Shown: piece after piece, positions 15,301 through 26,112 of the stretch
Position numbering within the stretch: the stretch's first letter is position 1
Layout: every line of letters begins with the position of its first letter
Assembly: GCF_964204865.1 (NCBI RefSeq)
Contig: NC_135258.1
Location: 10,788,001 to 10,852,000, forward strand
Direction of reading: 5' to 3'
Length of the DNA stretch: 64,000 bases
Source: Styela clava
Taxonomy: Eukaryota
Position numbers and translations under genes: made by a program
The notes under the pieces: model-generated
Told to the model about the DNA's origin: nothing
Seen by the model: the letters and a program-made list of their open reading frames with translations, nothing else
Databases searched by the model: none

Positions 15301-18300
15301 TAAAAAACACGAATGGTTGTGTTACAGCGAGGACAAAAATGCACTTTTTTGTTTTTATTGCCTACTTTTTGCTACCGCCCGTGACTCACGTTGGTGTAAA
15401 TTTGGTTTTAGAGATCTTAAACATCTTTCCGAGCGTGCCAGGGATCATCAATCTTCTATGGAGCATCTGGACAATGCAGTAAAATACCGAACATTCGGAA
15501 ATGTTAATATTGCAGCACAGTTGGATGAAGGACGCGCGGTTTCTATTCGTCGGCACAATCAAAACGTCGAGAAAAACCGCCATGTTCTCGGTCGATTGAT
15601 AGATGTTTTGAAGTTCATTGGTTGTCACGAGCTGTCCCTCCGTGGGTCACGATGGACGGGCTGGCTCTTCTAATAGAGGGGTATTTTTGGATATGGTGGA
15701 ATACACCGCATCCCGAGATACAGTATTGAGAGATCATCTTGATGCCGCAACTGTTTCGAAAGGGACATCTAAGGATATCCAAAATGATTTGCTCGACTCA
15801 ATGTATAAAATTTATTTACAACATTTGGCTCTGGAAATTGAGAATTGCCAGTTCCTTTCGATTCAGTCTGACGAGACAACTGACATCACGTGAGTTTCCC
15901 AACTGGCTGTGACTTTTCGGTTTGTGAAAGATGGTAAACCTACCGAGAGATTTCACAGCTTTGTACCAATCGTTGATCGCACAGCTTGCGGGATATCGGC
16001 TGTACTGAAAGAAGTGTTACAGCCTTACAACGCGAAGTCAAAATTGATAGCTCAAACTTATGACGGCGCGGCAGTCATGAGTGGGTCGAAACATGGTGTT
16101 CAAGTTTATATAAAAGAAGATTTTGCTCATGCGCATTTTTTACATTGTTATGCACACCAATTTAACCTCATTATTAAAAATATGTGTCTTGATACCCCTC
16201 TCGTCCGTATATTTTTTGCAAATGTTTCGGGGTTTTCTTCATTTTTTTCCGTTTCGCCGAAGCGCTCTGACCTCCTTCGCCAGATATGTAGCCGCCGTCT
16301 CCCAGCTTGTGCACCAACACGTTGGAACTTCCAATCACGCGTGGTGCAGGGCGTGTCCGAAATTAGGTCTGAGCTCATTGAGTGTTTCAATGGCATTCAG
16401 AGCTCTCCGGTTTGGGACGAACGCTCTGTGAGGGAGGCGGCAGGTCTAAAGCGTCTGCTAGAAGATGGTGAGTTTTCATTTTTTTTCGCTTTTTTCTCCA
16501 CAATATTCTATCACGTGGATGTATTATACGGCGCATTGCAGTCAAGGCTAATGGATGGAGCGTCTGTGCAGTCGTGTATTTCAGACTTCTGCGATGCTGT
16601 ATCTCGTATCCGGGAAACAATAAAATACGACGACACATGGAGTGCTTCTTCACGCCGCGGGCAAACAACGCAGCGTTTGATTTTGTCTGCAAAGGAATGC
16701 TGTGACATTCTGGTGAATCAAATAGGCGATCGTCTGCGCACTGAACACCTTGCCGCGTTCTCTTTGATGAACCCCAAAAATTTTTCAAAATTTGCACGTC
16801 AATTTCCCATCCATTTGTTGGCTACTGTCTCCAAATTTTACCCCATGATAAACGTGGGTAAATTGGAAAATGAATTGCGATGTATATACAGTAATCAAAA
16901 TTTTTTGAACATCACATCAACTTGCGCGCTCTATGGGTTCCACATTGATAACACTCTAGTAACTACCTTTGCGGCGTCTGCAAAATTTCTGGACATTATT
17001 TTGACGACGCCTATTTCTTCCGCCGACGCAGAGCGAACATTCAGCACGCTGAAGCGTATTAAAACGTATCTCAGAAACACAATGAAGCAAGATAGATTAA
17101 ATTCCTTGGCTGTTTTATCCATTCACAGAGACGTTATTTCTGGGATGCATGACTTTAATCAGCGCGTTATTGAGCATTTTGCTTCCAAGAAACCGCGGCG
17201 TGTTGCATATATGTTCAAGCAGTAGAAGTCTAGCAGCATATATATCTATGAGTGAGTGACGCATGTCCTTATCTTTGCATTAACTTTCCTTTCTTCATAG
17301 TAACGTTTTAAACCCTATTTTAGGTTTTGTCTGCTTTCCCGAAGTTTCTGTTAATATGTCATTGTATTTATCTGGGTAAATATTGCCTTTCCTTTTGAAA
17401 GAGATTTCAAAATAAACTATGTCTATATTTATTAATCCCTTGACTTGGACCGGTTTTAAAGACACTTTCTTATCGTTAAAAATTGTCGCTTTTGCCGATT
17501 GGTTGTTACCGATGGAATGGTTTTTATACTCATAAAATGATGGGAGAACTTACAGCGATCATCCTGTCCCCGTAGATGGGGGTGACTTGGTCCCGCAGTA
17601 GCTTGCCCCGGTTGTCAAAATGACCACGCGCCGCCACTGGTCACCATGATTTTAAATCCGGCTTTTGTTAGTATTAGGCGCCTTTTAGCACATCTGGTGC
17701 AGTGATGCCTTCATTACTTGATCCTCCAAATCAAAAATGCGTAATTCTTAGATGTGAATCTCAAAAAACACAGTTTTCGCTACGATACGTCCCCGTAATT
17801 GCCAAAAAATTTGCTGTTTAGTTAAGATAACTAATTAAATGGTGAGGCACTGGTTGTCATACGGCAATACTGACAGAAAGTTTTATTCGGAAATGAATTT
17901 ACACTATCAGAAACGGGTTTTATCAACTAAGATATTTTCCTGTATTAGTTTTGGGGCATTCTGAACTTTCGCTTGGCTTCGTACCGGTGAGAGGTCGTTT
18001 TATATGCTGCATTTCTCAACATGGGTTAAATGACACTTACTGTCAGGAGGGTGAACGTAGATTGAATGATTTTATAAACAAACGATGATATTTTTGGAAT
18101 CTGGGTAGAGTGGTGCTGACTCCCATAAGGTTGACTTAAAATCACTCAATCGAGTAAAAACGGAAAACAGATGATATGGCCTATTTAACATGGCCAATGC
18201 CTATTTGAAACTCGATGTTGAATCAGAATGCTTGGTCATAGCAGTAATCATTATAGCTACAGTATTCTGCTTAATAATCTTGTTTTTGTGGTTTCGAGAA

Positions 18301-20948
18301 ATAATGTTCATAATTTGAAATCCAATGGGATTGCAATTCCTATTTGAGATTGCATGTTGACTCCAAATATTTGTTTAAAACAGTAATCATCAGTCAAAAT
18401 GCTACGGGACCATCGCGCTAAATAATATTATTGTCTGTGGTTACTCTGTTTTGAGTGATTTTGTAAAAATGTATTTCTAATCAATTCGGTGACACGTGTA
18501 TATGATAAAAATAGTTAATGTGGTACGCGGCATCAATACCGTTGAGGAATACTGCGGTAGATTAGTGCTTGTCCATAGCATGTCGTGAAGCTACTAGTGG
18601 TTTATTAGTTCATGTATTGATTTCTAAAGTTACTCACTGCTGAGATTTACTGCCTTTGAGTTGCATGTGCACTCATCATATGTCGTACCAGAAGCCTATC
18701 GATTTTAGATGAATTCTGTCGTATAATTAGCGAGTTATCAATTAATTAGTGATGGGACACAAGGTGTCACTATGAAGTAAGAGCGCTGTTTTGGGGGATC
18801 CCCCAAACTTTCGATCGATAAGTCTTCGGTCCAGTGGCGTAGCAAGACTCTCGTAGCAAGACTTATCGTACATTATTACACTTTTTTATGCTTTTAAAAC
18901 AGTTTGGAAGGAAATTCCACTGTGGAAGAAATATATTTTCGGATCAATAGCATCCCCATGTATTGTCATTTCAGATTTCTTTTGTCTTTAAATTATATCC
19001 ATAAAATTATGTTTTTCAAACTTATATACCCCACAAAACATTCTGTGGCCCTCTTGCACACCCGAGAAGGGAACAGCGGTTACAAGGAGAAGTTGAGGGA
19101 AATGAACTTGTATTGTTATGTCATGAATAACTGCGGCATACTGGTATATTATAGTATAATGTTAGATTGAATTAAAGCCAGATTCGTTATCAATTTTTAT
19201 TACTGAAATGTTAATATGTTTTTTTTTGCGTGAATTTGTGACTTGGAAAAAACTTGATAGATTCGCCATCTCTGTGATACCTTAGGGCCTTAGGCCTAGC
19301 TTTTAACCATACATCAGAGCAACACAATAGCAAAAAAAACATGTTTTCATTGTAGATTTTCATGAACAGCAATAATAAAGATTTGCAATCCAATTTAGGT
19401 TTTCTCAAATCCATGAAAACATTAATAGAAAACGATAAATAATACTAATATTGATTGCAGATTGTAAGATTTTTCACCTGCTGTAAAAGAGAATCAAGAA
19501 GCGATTTTAGAGGACCAAGCGTTACTTCTAAGACCCGTGGGCTCAAATTATCTTTCTGGCGTTCAACACGTCACACCATGATGGCAGTTGTGCCGCGCCA
19601 CTCACAGGCCGAAGTCGAAATGAAAGGCAATCTTGACAACCAGCAAGTTGATAAAGAATGTAAAAATGCTGATGGTATGCTATCCTAAACTATTCTCATT
19701 TTTTCTCAAACAAACACCAGACAAAACAATACTCGTTCAGACCAACTTTTTTTGGTCATTTTATAATTTTGCTTCCATGTGTAATTTACATGTATATTCT
19801 TTCACTTCACAATTCTGGTGATTCCCTATAATGTTATACATACAGTATAGAGAAAATGGTGTCAAGGTAAAACGAATCTAAAATAATGAATGAAAAGCAC
19901 CATTTTAAAAAGCAATTTCACAGCACTAATTCCAAACTGAAAAAAACGTGCATCAAAAATGTGAAGAGCAACAAAGAAAGCCAGATAATTTAGGAGTGTT
20001 CCCACAGAACGCGTGTTTCAACATAGCATTCAAAGTAAACTATAACCCAATATTATGGATAACGCATAGAATCCGGTATAATAAATACCAAATGTTCGAT
20101 TTCGGTAACGTTTTGACTTTTATGTATTTAGCTACAATTAGTAATCATTACAAAACTAGGAACACGGTTCATTAAATTAGGAGCAGAATCAAAAGACTCA
20201 TCTCGTCAAATACATTACACAACAACATGTATTAATATGACAAATTATGGATGAAAGTTGTTGGAATACCCCGGAGAAAATGATTGATTAAAAAAATTCT
20301 CATTTCAAATTCTCCTTCCTTGGGTAAAAAAAAGTGCGACGTAGTTTTATAATTATGAACAAAGATTACATACTTATGAGAAAATGTAATTGCCCTCTAT
20401 AGATACAATTTCCTTGAATAAATAAAAGTAAGCACTGTTAGACATTTTAAAACAAGAAATCGTATGTGTTCGACGCTACTATTAAGATTTCACAATATAA
20501 AAAGCGTATATTCAATTAGCAAATATAAGGAATCCTAATATGTTAAACGGAATTTTGTTTAAAATTTAAATATAGGGTTTGGATGATACAATCAAGTTTA
20601 TCTGCTGGTGAAAGTGCTTTGGACTTGGTTTTTTCAAAACTTTGATATATATGTGTATCCTCAGCATATGTTGTTTTACAATTCAAAATCGTTAGACAGT
20701 GTACATTAAGTTGAAGAAGGGTAATAGAGCGTGTGTAAAGTTATGAACAATATTTACCATTTGTATAATTCTAATGCACAGACTCGTTCATTGAAGACAC
20801 CAAGAAAAGCGATAATTCGGGTTCCTCATTCCCGACTACACCTGGTATAACGGTTGTTAACAATGGACACCATACATTCGATGTTTTTCGAGACGACTCA
20901 AACGACCGTGAAAAAGTTAATCTTGTCGTAAAAATGGATGACATCTGA
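333..20948 (+). CDS. Class A (rhodopsin-like) peptide-type GPCR, 5'-partial, 6 exons in window; RXFP3/4-, angiotensin- or apelin-receptor-like
   Basis: Exons with canonical ag/gt and compatible phases: 333-558 ([38 protein letters not shown]; TM3-TM4 with DRY), 917-1123 (ECL2 Cys; TM5 GFFVPFIVIVYCY), 1838-1963 (TM6 CWLPNH), 11311-11415 (TM7 CLAYANSSINPILY, absent from the ORF track), 19461-19674 (helix-8 end with CC; C-tail), 20782-20948 (ends MDDI*). TM1-TM2 lie upstream of the window. The last two exons are less certain than the TM exons. Confidence 0.9.
5108..5312. mobile_element. Degenerate/truncated copy of the MITE family seen at 12512-13035
   Basis: gccgtatgagaatagaatgggcctaagtcaca matches the TIR of the 12.5-kb element. 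gtgcatcttagacctaggtacc (~5291-5312) matches the reverse complement of its internal palindrome. No second TIR found. Confidence 0.55.
12512..13035. mobile_element. MITE (non-autonomous DNA transposon), ~35-bp imperfect TIRs
   Basis: Left end atatcgctggatgagaacagaacaggcctaagtca; right end tgacttaggccccttctgtcctcatccggcgatat is its near reverse complement. Flanks read as either an ATAT or a TA duplication. Internal palindrome gtgacttaggcctaagttgcac at ~12802-12822. Confidence 0.8.
14597..17639 (+). mobile_element. hAT-superfamily DNA transposon, 3043 bp, inside a GPCR intron
   Basis: Perfect 14-bp TIR CAGTGGCGGCGCGT (14597-14610 / 17626-17639) with imperfect extension (gacaaccggg). Exact 8-bp target-site duplication GTCACCAT at 14589-14596 and 17640-17647. 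Encodes a transposase. Confidence 0.97.
15137..17225 (+). pseudogene. hAT transposase (TTF-type zinc finger, DUF4371-like core, hAT C-terminal dimerisation domain; ZMYM1-like family), disrupted
   Basis: Motifs WLCYSEDKNALFCFYC, LRGHD, SDETTD, YDGAAVMSG, HCYAH, TRW, AERTFSTLKRIKTYLRNTM..DRLNSLA. One extra base in ggg at ~15644-15646 shifts frame (LRG-S instead of LRGHD). An in-frame TGA at 15891-15893 separates ORFs 15618..15893 and 15909..17225, which share a frame. Confidence 0.93.
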
Positions 20949-23206
20949 ATAAACCACCACACTGAATTGACGTTTTCTTTTCTTGTTTTGTGGCTGATTG
21001 TCATACAGTTCTCACAAAATTTTTCAATAAACAGTGTAGAAAGATTATATATACATAAAAAATTGTATGAACCAACCATTTCACCAGTTTTCCAGGTGTA
21101 ATTAAAATATATATTATAGAGAATAGATATTACATCACCATCCCGTTCTTCGTTATGTTCTGTCCATGTCTAAAACTGGATATAAGATACAGCCTTCAAA
21201 ATATCACGAGTATCAAATTCATTTTTGTCTTATTCCCGGTCAGCGGCGTCTTTCCGAACCTAAAAGGATTCTCAAGCAAGAATAGCTAGTTAGATATTAA
21301 CTAGGGTATGATCTGATAAGTTTGATAAGGACAAGTAACTCAAATGGGTTTTAGCGCAATCCTTTATTGTGTCATGTATCAAAATCCACTAACTTGCCCA
21401 GAACGTATAAATATATAGTGTGTAGTTTACGTTTTATTGGAAAGTTACTTGGAAATTTCAATTTATCAGTAAATTCTGCACACTTTGTTGCAGATTACAT
21501 CTTTCCTCAATGAGGAGTGTTCTATGTGTATCAAATGTCAATTCTGACTGAATGTGTGAAAATAATTCGAGTATTATGTATTAGACAATAATAATATTAA
21601 AACAGCGTCAATTTTATATTCTAAGATAAGTAGTTTTTAAGTCCCCCTTTATTGGGTGAAGTATTTTAATTTATACTGTGCTTCCAAAATTACACAAAAT
21701 CGAAAATTGTGGAATCGTTGATAACACTTTGGCTTTACATTGAATTTTTTTGCTTAAATAAATCGTTAAAACTTTTTCCTATTAATTTTATTTATGATGA
21801 TATTGTTTATTTACTGACATATTTTTGGATTTTCAAAAATAAAATAAGTTAGCAGCTGTATAGTGTACAGGTAGCGTCAATTATTCATTCACTACAGATA
21901 GTCCATTCTTCATTTTGAGATTCTTAGGTACTGAACTATTTTTGCATATAAATTAAGTATGAAATCAATTAAGCGTACGCCCATTCATTCCATGATTGGT
22001 CCAAACAGAGAATGTGGACTTTGAACGGGAGTGCCTATAATTTTTAATACGGCGTCAGTATTTATCTGATAATATAATAAATATATATATATACTCATAA
22101 ATACATGGGTATTGGAAAAAGCGTGCGTGGATTAAATCTCTAGGTCAGGATGGCTGGGAAACGTTACCAACCAGCACGTTGAATTTTATATCTAAATATA
22201 TTATATCTTAAATGCGATGAACAATGCTATACAAACCATGAACTTCGCAAAATATTTTTTTGGAATTCAAATTTCTGCACAAAGCTCTTTTAGCATGCGT
22301 TACTATGAGACCAATCTGACGTTGCTTTTGAGAATATCGTAAAAGGAATTCAACTATAGAGAATATATGTTGATCATAAAGGGGATATTTGGGATATAAC
22401 GGGGTAGAAGTTATATTTGAAACTCAGCTTTGACTGATTGCAGGAAATATTCAGTACTTGTTTCTGCCCTGTCAATTATTCATTTTTCGAGAAGTCATCA
22501 GGTCAATGACGGGAAGTAATACACACTCCGAAAAACACCAGATTGCTCAGTTAGGCTTCCAGTGTCATTGCCCATAAAAGAAATGACTTCTTCACTTTAT
22601 TCCAAAGTATGTCAACCTGAGATTTATTGGGTTTAGCATAAACGAAAATCTCACCTACACACTCGATAAATTTTGAATATTTGAAAATCTACATGTGATA
22701 GTGCTACGCAATCAATAAATCAGGTTTTGCTTTCTGTCACCAATCTTGGTCGGATATTGTCCAGAAGGTATACTGAGTTAGGGACATTGGCCACTCTAAC
22801 TAATTTCAGTTTAAAATTATTGTTTATTTTCTTGAAATATCTGATTTAATAAAAGATTTGCGAGTTGTCTCTTTCGGAGATTTTCAAACCGTGTTTATGT
22901 AACGGCAACGTAACATCCAGTTACTTAATTTATTTGCATTATCAATATGATTGTTAGTTTGGGCTTGTATACGCCTGGTTTGCTCCTTTTGTCATCCGTT
23001 AATATTCATTTAAATTGAAACAATGTGGGTAAGCTTTATGGCTACAGACAGCCAAGTCACCTGTAGCCACTGTTTTACGCAACATATCATCCTACCCTTT
23101 AGAAATTTTACCCAGTCGCGCCTACAACAACGACTCAAACGCCATTTCACAAATGCCACAACCTGTGCGTCGCCCCTTTTTCTATGAGAAAAATAATCCT
23201 ATATAG

Positions 23207-25389
23207 CAGTGGTTCCCAAACCGTGGGTCACGTGAAGATTTTCCGGGGTCGCCTGATTTCTGGCGAACATGCGCACACAAGTGACTAAGATTTGAAAGTT
23301 GGAAAGCGAAATTTGTTTTCGTCGGCTGGTATCGTAAAAGTGCCTGATTTCGGCCGATTTTCAGCAATAATTCGACCATTTATTGTCCAAACGGCGCCAA
23401 AATTGCTCAATAAAACTTTCATGTGTACCCAACCTTTTCGGCTGGTCGGCAGGTATCGGTATTAGTAAATGTAATTGAGTGACAGTGTTACGAGCGCCAA
23501 TAATATTTTCCTCATACTTTTTTTTTTTTGATCATGTTACATTCCAGTAGTTGACCCGCTGGTACGCGAATCGGCCTTTAACTAGGTGTTTGACAAGTAT
23601 GGTATTGATTGCCAGGCTGTGTCTTGGTCGATTAATTTCACTTTAGTTTTCGATCAGTTGGGCTATTCCAGGTGACTTTAAGGGGCAATTCCAGAAATTT
23701 TGCTTGTTAGATGCACTATATGTTTACATTTCCAGCTACATGTTTTGTGTTTTTGTTCAATCAGTTGCTTTATGGGGTTGGAACAAAATTGCACAAAACT
23801 TACACACAAGACTTAGTATATATAAATATATAGTAAAATACGGGAAACGGTAATACGGGTACGGTAAACTACGGGACAACAATTCCACCAGGCATTACCG
23901 TTTCACTGTATGGTGTTGTAAATTATCACGATGGTACAGCAGGAGCCCATACTATTTTATGGTGCAGTAGCTGAAGAACACCTCTATGTGTTGCTCAAGT
24001 AACTTAAAACAATGTAGATCGATGCCAATAATGGGCACAATGTATGTGACACTACGGGACATTAGTCCACTTTGGAACAGCAGCCCCTATCATCTCTTAG
24101 AATTCTGGTAATAAATCGTTAGATAGATGAAAACATTTCCTACAGCACTGCAAACACCCAAGCTTCATTAACTTAAGTTCAGTGCATCTATTTTAAATGA
24201 AATAACTGTACCAGACAATTGAACACTAGGTGTTACGATTCTTCACAAAACATGTCGATTATATCAAAATTTCTATATTTCAGGCCACTTTGTGTGAATT
24301 ATCAAAAATCTGGGTGAAATTTTAACTTTCTCGATGAAAGAAATGCAATCCAATAAAATTCAAGTGTATTTTGATTTAAAAAAAAATACAAAACAATTGT
24401 CATTGTCACTACACTTTTAAAAAAATATATGAAATTCAACAGTTGCTTGGAATGGCGCAGTTGCGAAAGAGCTTTAATTCGCGCACGTGTCTAAATTCTA
24501 CGAGTAGGTTATGTACGTCTCTTTTGTCCACATCGCTTCCACATAAAAGTGAACGTTTTCGTATTGCAATATTACGTACACTGCTGGAATATGCTAAATA
24601 AGATTTTTTATTTATTCATATATATATTTAGAAACAATCTTACTATTTCCGAAGTATCGCGTAGGCTTCCTTACGATCCATCACATTTTATCAATTCAGA
24701 TATTTTATAATCAATATGAGGCAAAAGAAAAACACAATAAACTAAAAAAACAAAAAACATTGATTCATTGCAATTGACGCGGGGTCGCGAATAGACTCAA
24801 TGAGTCATCTAGTCAGCGACACCTTGGTGCTGTATTAAAGCAGCAAATATAGCAATGAATTATATAGAACAACAAAAAAAGGAAAATTTATCTTCAGAAA
24901 TACACAAATCATTGAAATACAACAATAGATTCAAAGTAAAATACACAAATCATGGAAAGACAACAGTAGATTCGACAACAAAAAAGGAAAAATTATCTTC
25001 AAAAATACACAAATCATGGAAAGACAGCAATAGATCCGAAATAAAATACACAAATCAAGTCCGTCTATGTTTCGCAAAAGAACTGTCATAATTCTGATCT
25101 AAGATATTTTACACCATGGTTTTCATACGATGCCGTGTGTTTTCAAATCTTCTGAAGTTTTCCGGCGCATTGTCGGACTTGTTTGTATATTTTTTTGGGA
25201 CAATGTTCACCGTGAACGTCCACCTGCGGTCAATATAAAGGTAGGCTACACTGTTCCCGTTGAGGCAATCGAAACTGATATACTGATTTTTGAAGTTGCT
25301 GAACGTTTTTAGTTGTGAGTTCGCGAGTATTTGTAATCTTCGATTTTATGAAAATTGGGGTCGCGAAAAAAAAGGTTTGGGAACCACTG
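23207..25389. mobile_element. Non-autonomous hAT (Charlie-like) element, ~2.2 kb
   Basis: TIR CAGTGGTTCCCAAACC at 23207 and reverse complement ggtttgggaaccactg ending at 25389. ggggtcgc subterminal-type motifs at ~23246, 24781 and ~25357. The putative 8-bp TSD is eroded (ctatatag vs ctatgtcc, 5/8). No transposase ORF. Confidence 0.75.
24868..25060 (+). repeat. Imperfect tandem duplication (~106-bp period; aaatacacaaatca occurs 4 times)
   Basis: acaacaaaaaa(a)ggaaaa(t/a)ttatcttca(g/a)aaatacacaaatca... is repeated at ~24868 and ~24975, inside the Charlie-like element. Confidence 0.8.
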
Positions 25390-26112
25390 CTATGTCCCTC
25401 GGACCGCTCGAATCCCTGCCCATTTTATGGGTATTTTTAAACTTATTTTTTTTGTCAACCATTAAAGCATACTGTTAATATGACGTTAATATCAAGTCAC
25501 CCCCATAAAGGCTATCCTAATGGAATTGAATTTCCTTCATACCGCCAGTGTAATGCAGTAACGTATATGCAGTATACTCATTGCAAAAGTTACCTATTTG
25601 AAGTATAGTGTTATGCCGGTAACTTTCTCCCGTTAGTCAACAGTTCAACCATAAAGATTATTTGAGTGGCACATACAACTCAATTACAATTATGCAAGAC
25701 CTATATTTCGCACGACAATGTTTGTTAATCTACGAAACAAACAGCTTAGCTTCGACGATTAACAGATTTACAATATTGTTTGCAATGGTCCAGACATCTA
25801 ACTAGTTTCTTTGTTTGCGAGTCTGTTGTAAATAGTAGCACACAAATCGGACTTTGACTCATTGATCTATGTCGAGTTGCTATTCGCTTACCAAGCAGTT
25901 AAATACTATCAAACTTTTTGCGGCGATTGCCACATTCCTCATCATAACAGTCAGTTCGCTGCGGTATAGCCAACAACATATCCTAAATGGAAAAACGCGG
26001 GAAGCCATTTCGTTCACGATCATTCAGTTTTGGTTCACTGCGCACAAAAAGGCCCGGAAGTATCGAAAGAAACCAGCTTCTAGATGTCGTGACATCAGTT
26101 CCATTTAACAAC

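Noticed and set aside
18790-18862. 18-bp palindrome tttgggggatcccccaaa next to a solo CAGTGGCGTAGC hAT-like end
   Set aside because: No partner TIR or TSD found; probably a transposon scrap, too short to call.
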